Shown here one piece after another: positions 11,609 to 24,648 of a stretch of DNA of 64,000 nt. Source of the DNA: Halocafeteria seosinensis (Eukaryota). Location of the stretch: the NCBI GenBank assembly GCA_001687465.1, contig LVLI01000603.1, forward strand, positions 1-64,000. Direction: 5' to 3'. How positions within the stretch are numbered: position 1 is the stretch's first letter; every line of letters starts with the position of its first letter. The notes below the pieces were generated by a model. It made no database searches, was not told where the DNA came from, and saw only the letters and a list, made by a program, of their open reading frames with translations. Made by a program: the position numbers and the translations under genes.

Positions 11609-12702
11609 CTTGTTGGGGTTTTTGCTTCTGCAGCAGTTGCTCTTGCCTCTGCGGGATGCATATGAACACAAGAATCCCCGATCACTCTACTAGGTCATGT
11701 CCATTGCGTACATACAGGTACCCAAATGCAGATAAAAACAATAAATAGACCGGAAGTCTTATTCAGGATTCTTCTTTTTTCAAACCTTGCCACTGTTATA
11801 GATACGCGGGTGGGTATCTGAATGTCGGAAATTCAAGAATATACTTAAGAAGGTAACGTGAAATAATCATACGACCGATCTATGCAAGGTATAACAACGC
11901 TGGAAGCCAAAACAAAATGAATAATTCATGGCCTACAGATCACAATTCTTTTTCTCTGATGCGTTGAGGAAAAGAAGAATTCTTCTGGCAAGTGAAACGC
12001 TCCAGCGCACCATCTACCCACGTATAGTACATGCAATTGCATCATTGCCCTTCCTTACATTGCAAAACAATATATGCGTAAAACGCTTCTAGGGGATGCA
12101 ATGAACTTTGTTTATGTGGCTGGTTCCTGTACTGTCCATTCTGCAGCTGGATCCACTGCTGACAAGAAACGAGGCTCGTTGTGCATTATATTTCTCATTG
12201 ATACTCATTACCATTGTCTAACGTATGCGTAGACGCATTTCATATCGCTACCTGGTACTCATGTCATCGCAAATGTGCCTTCTATGCAATTTGTACAACG
12301 CAGCCAGTACCGATGCCAGGCGATCGCAGGGCCCTGTGATGCCGTGCCACCAGGTAGCCACCTACACCACATTGTACACTCTGGCTCAATGACATTTCAG
12401 CAAAACATGCAATGCTTGACGCACAAATACTACTCTCAGTTGCTTTTTGCGCATCATAGAGAAATGCTCCTCAAGGTTTCGTACTTGAACGAGTACTCCA
12501 GATTCTCGAACCAGGAGGCGTTTCAGCAAGGACGTAGATTCTCTCGAACCACAATTCCCGAATACCGATGCTTTTACTTGGAAATTGACAGAATTTCCTA
12601 GCGATATTATTCCGGTACCTTTGAAGTCAGGATGACCCAAAGCAAGTTACTTGTTTTGTCCCTTTAGTACATGACAGTACACTTCAGGTCTGTCGCTAGG
12701 CA

Positions 12703-13602
12703 CTATTTGGGTGTTGTTGGAAACGGCGCTGTATCCCGATAGCAGCGCTTAAACACTTTACTGATCACTCGGTCGACGTCTTCGTTTTCACATGCCGCCG
12801 TATTTTCAATGGAAAGTTTTGTCCTTCGTTTGGTACAAACCTGCGGGTGAAGAGTCTTGATACTGCATTCCTAGCGTACACATCGACTACCCTACACACC
12901 TTCTGTTGTCCTTTGAATCCAAAGTGCCCCCTTCCCCATTCGACATCCCATGAACAATCGCCGCTCAGGTTGGCGGCTCTTATCTGTGTAGAGAAGAAAG
13001 ACAGTGTTAATTTCTCTAAGCGTAACGCCGAAACAATACCGATACATACTTCTGTGCACGCCAGATGGGCGCAGTTGGAATAGTCCATTTGAACGCGACA
13101 ATGATCAAATGCGTGAATCAATTCATGTAGAATCGTTCTTTGTATTGCTGTGCTGTTATTAGCATGTACCGAATTCAAAAGCACCTGCGTGGGTTCCAGA
13201 CGGGGTGAAATCGATTCACCGAGACAGAGCAAACAGCGTATGGGCATACCCTATTCACATCGGGATGAAAATTCCCATACGAGGGAATATTCGGCTGCGG
13301 TATGCATCGGACAAAGTCATTGGGTAATGCACAGCCTCGCTTCTCCATGGAGGTCAGGAGGAATTGAATCATAGGAGCTGCATGTCCATATCAAGTACCA
13401 GCAAAATCCCACAAGGCACGGGGTAAGGAAGAGACGTACAGTTCTCAATGGCTCGTTGGGCCATACTAATGCACCTTTGCTGTTCGTTGACGTATTTCTT
13501 CTGGAGTGTCTTCATATTCCCCGCGGACAAGTCCTGTTGGATGGCTTCATTGTCGACGTTATTACGGACTAAACCATGTGTATTGCCACTATCCTCTCCC
13601 AT
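12703..13602 (-). CDS. ATP23: Mitochondrial inner membrane protease ATP23 (peptidase M76), multi-exon
   Basis: HELIHAFDHCR, CAHLACTE|IRAANLSGDC, VFKRCYRDTAPF. Confidence 0.93.
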
Positions 13603-13671
13603 TTTATTTATTCTATGATCAGTAGCAGTAGTTGTAGTACATGAGTGTGTTCCTCTAGTGTATATGACTTC

Positions 13672-14115
13672 ATGGACGAGGGCCACTATCAATCCATTGG
13701 TTCAGCAGCAGACGACGATAACATCCGGGAGGAGGACAGTACCATGCTACTTCGTATGATACTCGAGACGTTCAATTTTATTGGCTCAGTGGCTTTTTTG
13801 GTCGGCTCCGTGCTCTTTCTGTTCCCGAATACGCTGGTTCTGTACCGATCTGGAGTGATATTGTTCATCATTGGAAGTCTTTTGTTCACCATTGCGGCCT
13901 ATGCTGGATGGAAGGAGGCCATCAGTGACTTCCACAGACGGAAACGAGGCAATTCTTCCCCGGAAGAGACAAATGAAGCATCTTCTTCGTGGTACGATCG
14001 GTGTACCACCGATGATAAGAGGAACTCGGCCTCCTCCTCCTCATCCTCTGGAGCTTACCACCCAGAGGAAACTACCGCAGCATCTCCGTATAACAGCGTC
14101 GATGGGGCCGTGTGA
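13672..14115 (+). CDS. Small 2-TM protein, YrhK-like
   Basis: NFIGSVAFLVGSVLFLFP...GVILFIIGSLLF pattern. Confidence 0.65.
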   Translation: MDEGHYQSIGSAADDDNIREEDSTMLLRMILETFNFIGSVAFLVGSVLFLFPNTLVLYRSGVILFIIGSLLFTIAAYAGWKEAISDFHRRKRGNSSPEETNEASSSWYDRCTTDDKRNSASSSSSSGAYHPEETTAASPYNSVDGAV

Positions 14116-14528
14116 GCATATTCAAATGCAGCAGGAAGAGCTAGCTTGGACTGTCATTCGTTTATGACATAAGGTAGATTCCCATCGGTCCAAAGGTCGG
14201 GCATGGACAAGATACCTCCACGAAGTTGACTACTGCTATAAACCGAACCGTAGGATCAAGTCATCTCGAGGTCACGTCAGAGTGTAAGCTCAATTCAACG
14301 AGGGCATTGGCAGGATTCAGTCTGTTGTCTGCAGAGTACCGGTTCCTGCTGTATAGCGTCTTAATTGATACGATGGGCAGTACAAAACTGTGCAGGAGAT
14401 TCAAGAGGTTGCATTAACTTAAACTGCGTGATCATATAGCTATCGATACGGTCGTCCACAAATTATTGGCACAGCCAATTGCAAGGTAGCATAGAGTCGT
14501 GCAAGTTGGAATTATCGACTCTAGAGTC

Positions 14529-16937
14529 TTAACCAACGGAAGCCATGGCGGCTTCTTGGAAACCGATCATTTGTTCACTGCTGGTTGCGGCAGTGGTTTG
14601 CTGCGGGGCAGGACGTTGTTCCAGCTCTTCTGCTTCATCAACTAAAGCATTGATCGTTTCAGCTCGATCGTCATCAAACTCGAAGAAACACCGATATAAC
14701 TGAGACTCCAACAAATGCACAACTTCTGGTGGAGGCTCAATAACTGGATTTTTGCAATCCATTCTGGGGCGCTTTTCCTTCGGTACTGTTGGTAGCATTT
14801 CCGCTGGCGAGTATGTTCTTTCTTGCCACGAAAGAAGACGGCCTAAGACTTCCGTATACACTTTCCGCCACTTTGCTACGTGAAGGAGAGGGGTACCGTC
14901 CGAATGATGGTTGTAAGTATCCCCATCTTCATTTACCAGATCGGGAAAAGCACTGAGGCTGTACATCGTTAGTCGAGTTGTATGAGCAGCAAGATGAGGG
15001 ACAATGGCCTTGTTATTCTCTATAGACTCTGTTGCTTGGTGATAAAGCTCATATTGTTTTGAATCACTGACAACCATGGACAACCTGGAAATTTCGTTTT
15101 TCGTCTTTTCTGGTACGAGTTCCCATGTCTCTGGCAATTTATTGTGCAACCCCTTTAGTCTAAGTCCCTGAAGAATAGCACTCAGTCCACAAAAATTCCT
15201 GATTTTTCTCAACTCCGTGGCAACTGTCACAAAGCGGACTATCATTGCTGCTCTATCTTTGGGAGTGCCATGATGGAATGGGGGGTTTTCTGCATCCCAA
15301 CGAACGCTCGGAGGCACCATCGGGCTTCCTGAGGTAGTAGCTCGGACGATTTCATTAGCAACCCACAGTGAGTCTGCTTGGTACCTATCGACAAACTTGA
15401 AGACAGCATCTGCTGTATGCGTGTAGCGTGGATCATCCCATCCAGCATCTAAAAACTCATGCAGCGGAATATTGCGGAAAAGACACCATTCCCCAAAGGT
15501 CCAAGCTGCTGCTAGCAACTTTGGCGGTACGGAGACCCAATGCTTGTACGTTGGAAGGTCATAGTTCCTAGATCGAAATCGGTGAGAGCAGCCACTAGGG
15601 ATTACTGTAAACTCGAAGGCAGACATAGGTATGTCACCTCGAAATTCCTTTCGTAGTTCACTCAGTCTCTTGTGGGAGTCAAATGTCAAGGCTTTCTTCG
15701 CAAGGGCCAATAAATCCTGAACTTCATCTTTATAGGAAACCACAAGATCGCGAATATCACTATCCATATCCGCCAATGAATCCTCATGTAAAAGTGGGGA
15801 CGCATCATCCATAATTTTTTTGATACCATTCACAATCTCCGCTCTAGCCATGCGAGGTACGCGGTGACAGTGGCGCCCAAGCCAAAACCGTGCGACCCGA
15901 AGCAGCACGAGCACGTAGCCGATATCTTCGTTGGTTATGCAGTATTTATCAAAATAACCTAACATCTTGTGGACGAAGAGCTTGCAGGGCCCGACGGAAG
16001 TGGCCTTATAGTGATATCCGTTGTGCTCCGCCAGAGTTTCGAACATCTTATGCATTGTGGAGAATACAAGATCTCCCAGCTGCAAATCTTCCCTGTTCGA
16101 GCTTGCGGTTACTTCGTATCCTGTGACCGCCAAACCGCATTTCTTCTCTTGGTCCGTTGTGCCTATAGCATCAAATAGAAGCTCTACTAGAGAATCCATC
16201 GTAGCTGCTTTGATTCGGATGACAGGTTGGTTGCTTCCATCTGTGCCCTTACCTCCCGGAGCCTGACCTTTTTCTTCTACTGCTATCACGGAATTTTGAG
16301 TTTCATTTGGGGGGTCAATACACTCGGCAATGAGTTGCTCTTCGGACTTTCTCTGATCTTTGAAACTTGTTGGCCTATGGGAATTTCCTGCTGTAGCTGC
16401 TTTGGGGGTCGTAATTGCCGCCGCTACATTAAAATTGTCGTTGGAGGAACCATCCTCTGAACGGGCTTTCATCCTGGAAGAACTTCCCACTTTGATCAAA
16501 GGTTTTTTGCGCGAAGTGTCCCTCGAAGCGCCTCTCCTCTTGGGAGAAGAGGCGGACTGGGCCTGTGAATTGTATCCGTGGCCAAACCCAGCCCCATTCG
16601 GTTCCGTCGTTGCGTGACTATTGCGAAGGACTTGATCGAGCTTATCTTGGTCAATAACTTGCATTAACGGACTTTGACTCGTTCGCCCTGTGCCATCCTC
16701 CAGGAGATTTTCGAGGTCCCTGTTGCTCAGAGTGGTAGGCTGTCCTGCATAGCGGCTGTTGTACTCTTGCTTCAATGTTTCATTCGACAAATGAAAGCGC
16801 TCCTGACTTAAATGGTGCATAATCAATTGAAGTACGGCTTGCTGGCGTCGTTTGCGAGGATCCGCTACTCCGGGCGCCGATGGTTGCTTGTTGGCCAACG
16901 GCGACGGAGGAGGTTTCGCTCCTCCATGGCGCTTCAT
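14529..16937 (-). CDS. RasGEF (CDC25 + REM) with N-terminal LisH-like motif, intronless
   Basis: LQLIMHHLSQERFHLSNETLKQE; IKAATMDSLVELL; RAAMIVRFVTVATELRKIRNFCGLSAILQGL; IVPHLAAH. Confidence 0.88.
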   Translation of the reverse strand: MKRHGGAKPPPSPLANKQPSAPGVADPRKRRQQAVLQLIMHHLSQERFHLSNETLKQEYNSRYAGQPTTLSNRDLENLLEDGTGRTSQSPLMQVIDQDKLDQVLRNSHATTEPNGAGFGHGYNSQAQSASSPKRRGASRDTSRKKPLIKVGSSSRMKARSEDGSSNDNFNVAAAITTPKAATAGNSHRPTSFKDQRKSEEQLIAECIDPPNETQNSVIAVEEKGQAPGGKGTDGSNQPVIRIKAATMDSLVELLFDAIGTTDQEKKCGLAVTGYEVTASSNREDLQLGDLVFSTMHKMFETLAEHNGYHYKATSVGPCKLFVHKMLGYFDKYCITNEDIGYVLVLLRVARFWLGRHCHRVPRMARAEIVNGIKKIMDDASPLLHEDSLADMDSDIRDLVVSYKDEVQDLLALAKKALTFDSHKRLSELRKEFRGDIPMSAFEFTVIPSGCSHRFRSRNYDLPTYKHWVSVPPKLLAAAWTFGEWCLFRNIPLHEFLDAGWDDPRYTHTADAVFKFVDRYQADSLWVANEIVRATTSGSPMVPPSVRWDAENPPFHHGTPKDRAAMIVRFVTVATELRKIRNFCGLSAILQGLRLKGLHNKLPETWELVPEKTKNEISRLSMVVSDSKQYELYHQATESIENNKAIVPHLAAHTTRLTMYSLSAFPDLVNEDGDTYNHHSDGTPLLHVAKWRKVYTEVLGRLLSWQERTYSPAEMLPTVPKEKRPRMDCKNPVIEPPPEVVHLLESQLYRCFFEFDDDRAETINALVDEAEELEQRPAPQQTTAATSSEQMIGFQEAAMASVG

Positions 16938-17228
16938 TCTTCAGTTTATGTGCACTCGACACTGCTCCATGGGGTACAGAGCCTCGTCAATCCGGCCACT
17001 ACTGTATATAATCATTCTGTTGTTTTGGCGCCCAACTTCAACTTGTCATCAAGTGTGCGAAAAGTTTGTCCGCTCTCCCATTATACCGTTGCACAGAGAC
17101 GAAATCGAGCCCATTGTTGTTTTATTGACGCTCGTATGCAGTAGCGTGCATGTTGGACGACCTGTAGGAGTTTCCTGTTGTACTCCCCTGAGAGTGGAGG
17201 TGTAGCGTGTGGAAAGAGAGAGGACAAA

Positions 17229-18955
17229 ATGGCCACCTATTCGGCTCAGAAAGTAGGTTGTCTGCCTACCTGTCATGTACATGGGCCTGTATTCACTTTA
17301 ATGGAGCCTATTGTGACGTGCAGGAGTCTTCCAATTATCCTCAATACCAGGAGGGAGACCAGGAGGAGGAGGAGCAAGATCCCCACGCCCTTTTGGCTGG
17401 GATCTTGGCCCGCGCTGGCGTCTCCGCGGATTCTTATGTACGTATATCTTGGCTAGGCTCTTCTTCAGAGCACTTTCACTGAACTGCGTCCCCGCTTATC
17501 TTGCAGGGAGAAAATAAAGAAGGTGGTGGCGGTGGTGACGATCAGCAAAGATTGGATGATGAAGCGACGCGCGATCTGCTCAATCGGTAAGCAATCTTGG
17601 GTGGATTGTGGGCTCCTTTCCCGGTGGATATTGGCCTCCTACAATATCGCGTGATGCGCAGTTTGGCGGGGGAGTTACTAAACGCAGTACAAGAGGAAGA
17701 GGAGGAAGGCGGACAAGACCAACAGCTCTATCACGCTCAGGAGACTGGATCACATCGGTCTTCCTCGACCTATGGTTCCTATGACGAGATCCGCAAACCT
17801 CGTCCTTATGATTTGTGGAAGCAAGCACATGAGGTTGATGATCAGCCAAGACGTACACCTTCGTTAGATAGGCAACAGTGGAATGAGCTTGTTGAGCGTC
17901 TGAATGAGACGAGCCGCAAGAAACAAGCGTACCTCCTTCGGGCGCAACATAAGCAGATCGCCGATGAGTTGGCAGGACTTACTTTTACACCAAAGATATC
18001 GAAGAGAAGCCGCTTATTAGCTGCTCAAAATAAGCAATTACCTGAACGAGTATCAAGCTTAATGAAGAAGAAGCAACTGAAGTTAGACAAAGTACGACAC
18101 GAACGGGCGCAGAGAGAGCTCGCTGAAGCGACCTTCCAACCGCAGTTGAATGACGCTGGGACAGGCTCCAAGACCACATTGGCTCAGCGGATGAATAGGC
18201 GCGTAGGGCATTTGATTCAGTACGATATAGACAAACGGATAAGAGCGGCACAAAGACGCCAGCTGCAGCAAGAACTGGAAGATCGAGAATTGACGTTTAG
18301 TCCAAAGCTAAATAAGCACAGTGAGCGCATTGTGGAACGAATCAATCGTGATCGACAGGTGAAAGCGAGAGAAGCTGCCGAAGCTCTAGCAGCAGGAGAT
18401 GAAGAGCTTGCGGCAAAAGCCGCTGCGGCTTCAATGGGGAAGACAACGAAGCGCAGTGTGGAACGCGAGCAAGCAGCGGTTGCGTCGGCTGCGCTTGCAG
18501 CGGTAGAGCAGGATGTGAGATCTGGCAGGCTACGGAGGGTTCCACTGGGAAAGAATGGACTTACTATGCTTCCCGGGCACGAGAACGATACCTTCCGACC
18601 AAGGATTAACAAACGTTCTCATGCCTTGGCTGAGAGAGCCGGAATAGATCAAAAGGAGGTGTACGACCGTTTGTATGAGGATGCAAAAGAAGCAATGGAG
18701 AAGAAAGCTGCGTATGATGAGCATATTCGACAGCATTATTACACTACCATGGATAACGAAGGTGGCCTCCATTGGGTGCCTCATCACACCGGCGACTATT
18801 CCGAGAGAAGTGAGGAGTCTTCTTCACTGGGCATGCCCGATGCTGGGTCATCTAATGAGCCGAATTTTGTCCCTTTCAAACCCAAGCACGAATTCCTCGT
18901 GAAACGGGCGATATTGGAGGCAAGTAGTAATAACTATCGTGCAGTTAGTCCTTAA
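17229..18955 (+). CDS. Hypothetical protein with TFxPxIN repeats (probably microtubule-associated); 4 exons
   Basis: LTFTPKISKRS, ATFQPQLN, LTFSPKLNKHS, DTFRPRINKRS, VYDRLYEDA. Upstream exons splice in frame from MATYSAQK. Confidence 0.75.
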
Positions 18956-19396
18956 GTATGTGCATTTAACACAACTTTTTTTCTAAGGCGTTGCATACAT
19001 AGGGACTATCTTGCGTATTATCCTCGTGCGATCTACCCTTAGTTTATAGATTCTGCGATTCTGTTTATATCAGTGTCGGCAACTTTCGCACAGCACGGAC
19101 AGCTCTTCCTTCATGAATTACTAGACAAAAAAAAAAAAATTGCACCTCACAAAAGAAGTACTACACCAGTTTAGTCATCCCAACTTACTTACGTACCCAA
19201 CCAAGTTCGCTCACTTCTAGCAGTGTTCATTCGTCTGTAAAAGTCCAACTATTGTTTGTCGTGTATTATTCGTTGGAACCTCGAAGAACAAGAGGGCGTA
19301 TAGAGTACTGAATGTGAGAAGACATGGTAGGAACGTGTTCGGATTCTCGTCTGAGCATTTTCAGAATTGCTTGGGAGAGATCCACGTGAAAACCTA

Positions 19397-20021
19397 ATGG
19401 CATCCACGACAGCATACAAGGACCGAGAGACAGGGACAGGGACAACAGCCGCACCCACTGCCACTACAGATACAGAGGACGAGGGAGTAGAAATGGTCGA
19501 TTTTAGCAATGTAGACCTCCATGGACTACTGTCCCACGACCATGACCCTTTGACAAGTGGGCAGGAAGAAGCACATGATCGATCTCGGATCCCCCCTGTC
19601 CGCAAGACTCCAGTGTATTGCACCTGGTTTAGTCTCATTGGAGCTGGTTTCTTGGTACGTCAGGCAAATTGCATTGTTGTACTTTCCTGTGTGGGCGCGT
19701 TTGTGACCCCCTATCATTGTATTCGACTGGGGTGCTGAGGAAGCGAGCAATTGCTGCACGCGACATGAGATGACCTTTGCTTGTGATATGAATCTGCAGT
19801 TTGTATTAGCGGACGTACTCAACAAGGACTACCAATATATTGAATTTAGTGAAAAGCCTTCGACGTATGCACCTTCCACTGCTTACACTGGAATATTGTA
19901 TTTGGTACTGTTCTTTCTGTGCGGCGGATGGTGGATCCGCGATGCGATGAGAGCGCGCAAGGTTAGAAAAGCAGTCGAAGCAGCCAGAGAACAAAGATTG
20001 CAGGAATTGGCGAATATGTAG
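19397..20021 (+). CDS. Small 2-TM protein, possibly RNASEK/V-ATPase subunit f-like (intron 19655-19799)
   Basis: CTWFSLIGAGFL|FVLADVL and TAYTGILYLVLFFLCGGWW helices; family call tentative. Confidence 0.55.
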
Positions 20022-20349
20022 ATGAAGCATGCAGTGCCATTAAGTTTGATGCAGTAGACTATCAGTCCACCACGGGAAGATGTTTCGCTCGTCTCTATAA
20101 CAATATACGCACTGAAACGCCATCACACTGTCATAGGTGAAGATTCTACGACAATTATTCTCGTATAAACAAGTTGCGTATCAACTTCTATCCCATCTAT
20201 GGCCATTGGCCATGTCTAAGTAGGCTACGTACCTATGGTACAACCATATATGTAGAACTAAGTCTTCGGTAGAAGAAAGGGTTGGATTGTTTGGCGTTGT
20301 ATTAGTGTGTGTGTGTGCGTGTGCTATTATTATCATAGACGACCAGACA

Positions 20350-21811
20350 ATGGTGGACTTAGCTTTAACTTTATCATCGTCTTCTTGGCTGGATGTGTCG
20401 TTTATCGTGTACAGTGTCGTGGTGGGCCTGGTGACCTTGGTGTTGACGAATGTTCTGTTGATGTATACGCGAAGGAAGCGTTATGAGCGAATTATACGCA
20501 AGTCAGACCAACTCTGCCACACAAGCCACCAGCAAGAAAATGAATCAGCTGGAAAGGGTGATCAAGTGAAAGACAAAATCCCTGTAACAATCGTCACGGG
20601 ATTCTTGGGATCTGGTAAGTGAACCAATTCCGGCCTCCCATACACAGTACGCATCAACTACGCAAGTGACGTGCAGGGAAGACCACTCTATTGAACTATA
20701 TTTTGCGCTCCAAGGAACATGGGAAAAACATTGCCGTCATCGAAAACGAGTTTGGGGCCGAATCCGTGGACCATCAACTCCTAGAGTACGTGCAGGCTTT
20801 GGAAGTTCGCCGCTAGGGTAAATCGTTTGTCATTGTTGCTGTCCAAACCGGTGCAGAAATGCTAAGGAATTAAACAATGGTCTCTTCGTTATGAGCAATG
20901 GCTGCATGTGCTGCTCCGGCGCAGGCCCTGGGGATGAGCTCGAGCGGATCCTAGATCGATTGTTGATACTCGTAGATGCGCAACGGAGAGCCGAGGACGA
21001 GAGTGAATCCACGGGAATAAAACCAATCGATTACATAATTATAGAAACATCCGGTATGGCGGATCCTGCTCCCATCGTGCAAACGTTTTTCCGAACAGAA
21101 ATGGAGGAATCGCGGTTGGAGTTAGACGCGATTGTTACACTGGTAGACGCCAAGAATATTAAGTATCATATGGATCAAGAGGGGCTATTTTCGCGAACCA
21201 AAGAGGCAGAAAAGCAGCTCGCTTACGCTGATGTTGTGCTACTGAATAAGGTAGACCTGGTCTCTTCAGACGATCTGCAACATGTGCACTCTAGAATTTC
21301 CGTGGTCAACCCGACCGCTCAGGTCTTAAGATGCCAAATGAAACTGAATAAAGGAGATCAAGCTATGCAAACAGACGATGGAACTATAATTGGAGTACCT
21401 CTGGATCAAATTCTGGACATCCACGCTTTTGATATATCTGAGGTCCAACTGCAGAAAGACCAGAACATCTTGTCAAGAAAGGCCGATCATTCACATTTTA
21501 TTTCGTCAGTGGTTATAAAGGTGCCAAAAGAGGAGCCTCTCTTGCAGGCATCAATTAATAAGACCCTTTCAGAGATACTAGAGCATCACTGGGAGGATAT
21601 TTTTCGGATTAAGGGAATTATCTGGGTGGTCGATTCGAAGAGTGATACTGCGCCACAATTACTGGTTATTCAGGGCGTAAATGCCGAGCTTGTGGGCGAT
21701 ATATGTTCTCCAGACCAATATAAGGGTATCAAAGACGGTCACCTAGTGGTAATCGGCAGAAACCTCGACAAGTTTAGCTTGGAAGAGAAAATCCAGTCTT
21801 GCAGAAAGTAG
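20350..21811 (+). CDS. ZNG1: CobW/COG0523 (ZNG1-like) GTPase metallochaperone with N-terminal TM; 3 exons
   Basis: [62 protein letters not shown]. Confidence 0.9.
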
Positions 21812-22661
21812 AGTAACTTGCTTTAGATGTCGTTGAGCGTTCTCAGAAGACTTGTTGGACTTCCCGCGAGTCGAACAGAGCCAACGGTTCGTATGGGATG
21901 GAAGGGTGTTCGCTTTAATGTTATGCGTTCGTCCGCTCGCTGTGTGTGAGGGTGTCCACTGACAAGAGACGTTTGGCACTTTGTGGAGGCACGGTTTTAA
22001 AACATAGCGGAAGATTGCATATTTTTGCCAAGAGTGCAGAAGTGATGATACTGAAGGAAGAAGCTGCCGACTCAGTTCTGCCCGGTTTATGTGATTATTA
22101 TGAACCTCAGTAGTTTACTGTGAGACCTGGATTGATTCAGATTGAATTGTGTTGACTCACGCACTGTTAGGGCGACAAAGTGAATAGAAACAGTTTGTAC
22201 TGTATATGAATACCCAGGATCCAACTACTATAAAGCACTGCAAATATTGACAACGTTTCTTATGGAATCGCGTACATTCGTGCGTGCTATAATTAACTCT
22301 TCTACGCCTGCTCATGGTCTCGTTTGTACGTCGCATACCGTCGTATGGTTGTGCGGCTGCAGTGAGAATCGGAGATGCACTCCAGACCAGGGTACCCGAT
22401 ACTTGAGTGTGCAATAGTCCTTGCACACCAGCCGCAGTAGCTCTACTTGCAGAACAATGGACATGCGCTGCTTCTACAGCTACTCTTGGTAGAAGTCCGA
22501 TCTCACGGAGGAACTGTCGGTTTCCGTTGAATCCACTCACTGCACATGAGCATGTCAACAGACAAGGGGTATTTTCGGCTTTATTATTTCTTCTTTTCGC
22601 CTCGTCAGTACGCGAAGAGTGACACATGGATAGGAAGGACCATTAATTGCGATGGAACACG

Positions 22662-23252
22662 TCAGGAACCTTCCTCGTCCAATGGGTGCTTAATTGGTGT
22701 TGTCCCTCTGCCTTTAGACTTCCCGTACACTTGTCGCAGAGGTCGGATAGACTTTTTATGCTTCTCTGGTGATTCCCATGGCCAACCACTTCCCAGTCTA
22801 AATCGAACATCTGCAGTTGCTTCTTCCTCGTCACGGCTGTTGTCCTTGCGAGTACCCAGATTCAGGTTACCCGGGGACCATTTTGTGTCGGTATCGTTTC
22901 TTTCTTCGTTACAAGCGGCTCGTCGTTGTTCGCTTTCTTGTGTTGAGGGGTAATTATCGTCTCCTAGCCCTGGTTGTTGCCCTGTGCCAATAATGTTGAG
23001 CAAATGACTTCGCTGTGTGGCTCCATCCGCCAGTAATGCTTTGATTTTGAAAGGGTCTGTCTCATTTCTGTACCGACGATAAGCATTTTTCACTTCGTCT
23101 GCAGCTTCTCGCCTCTCCTGGGAAGGTGGAAGACGGTATACAATGCGCAAATACTCTCGAAGCTGTGATTTTACCTTGGCTTTGAGCATGAAGTCCCCTA
23201 GAGAGGGGCCCTTCGACCCTTCGAATTTTGATACAGGAGGCAAGCGTGGCAT
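22662..23252 (-). CDS. LYR-motif protein (LYRM2-like)
   Basis: SLGDFMLKAKVKSQLREYLRIV...VKNAYRRYRNETDPFKIKALLADG. Confidence 0.75.
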   Translation of the reverse strand: MPRLPPVSKFEGSKGPSLGDFMLKAKVKSQLREYLRIVYRLPPSQERREAADEVKNAYRRYRNETDPFKIKALLADGATQRSHLLNIIGTGQQPGLGDDNYPSTQESEQRRAACNEERNDTDTKWSPGNLNLGTRKDNSRDEEEATADVRFRLGSGWPWESPEKHKKSIRPLRQVYGKSKGRGTTPIKHPLDEEGS

Positions 23253-23562
23253 ATTGTCGTTTTCCTCCTTCTCTCTCTCTTTCCCTGCCAGTATCAACAC
23301 TCCGGCTGTTTCTCACAATCCTCTAACTGTATGAGAGGTTGCTGAGTCAATGCTGACAAGGTGTATGGGATGACTGTGAAGCTGGGCGAAGACTCCGGTA
23401 CGAAGACCGACCGTCTCAGACGGTACTAGTCACAGCTGGCCCATGTCACAGAGGTGGATAATATTGCAATTTCGTACATATAATACTGATGGCGGACTAT
23501 GTTTCTAAAGTGCTCCCGTTTCTTTCAGCGATTGCTATCCGAACAATGGAACCTCGCGAACA

Positions 23563-24648
23563 CTACTGTTGGAGCAAAGAAATAACACCATTTACCATGT
23601 TAGCCACACTGTCAAAGACCTCATGGGGCTTAGCGTTCGCCATGTATGCCGGCGAAGTAACGACTTTATTCTCAGAATCTAACACACTTCCGTCTATCTG
23701 CGATCATCCATAGATGGTGCGACGATAGTATTCTGATTCACTAGTAGGATGGATACTGACACAACTTACATCCTTCACGACGTGGGTAGCTCCCATGCCT
23801 TCAATGCCACCTGGAAACACATAACATGCATCGGTATTCAGCAGGACACGAAACAAGGGCTGGTTGGCCCGGTGGATACATACCAGCTGCCCCGGCATGC
23901 GGCCAGTATTCACTTTCTTTGTCTGAGCCGACCGTCACAGTTACGCCGGGAATACATTTTGCTGCCAGTACCGGCGCAATGCAGCAAAGACCAATCGGTT
24001 TCTTCTCATCGTGGAAGTTCTTCAAAGTTTGTTCCACTTCGGGAATAACAGTCATATTTGTTGCCTCAGTGGCAAACGAGCTCAAGTTCTTCGCCGCCCC
24101 AAAGCCACCAGGGAATATGACGGCTGCCACATCGCTAGTTTTCAAGTTTTTAAGATCTTGAATATCTCCACGAGCAATTCTCGCTGATTCAATTAGAACA
24201 TTTCGTTCTTGTTTTAGCTCCTCTCCCTGACACCCACAAACAACAGCGAGGAGAGTCGTTCACTAAAATTGCAATACAGTTCCTACTCCTCAAAAGCAAC
24301 ACTTACTTTCGTATGGTCCAGTACATGCATTTGGTTTCGATCGGGCGCGTAGAACACCGGAGTGTATCCTTTACGGCTCAGTTGGACCGCCGTAGCGACG
24401 GCTTCTGTGATTTCGCTCCCATCAAAGACACCGCATCCACTCAGGACAACGGCAACCTTGGGATTGGGGGATGCGTCCGATGCGAATCCACGAGAACTCA
24501 TTGCTAGTGGAGATACACTGGAAGGCGCGTAACAAGCAGGAGCTCGATTAGCCAAGATGTTAGACGAGGCTCGAATCAGGGAGGGCACCGCACACGCTCT
24601 CTGCGCTGTGCGTCGGGAGAGTAGAGTGGAAAGTGCTTTCGAAGCCAT
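23563..24648 (-). CDS. GATD3: ES1/GATD3 (DJ-1/PfpI family), mitochondrial; 4 exons
   Basis: [51 protein letters not shown]; transit-peptide-like N-terminus. Confidence 0.93.

Noticed and set aside
11880..12640. Short ORFs on both strands
   Set aside because: No recognisable motif or consistent spliced model; left unannotated.
22157..22627. 156-aa minus-strand ORF
   Set aside because: No ATG start or recognisable domain; cannot support.
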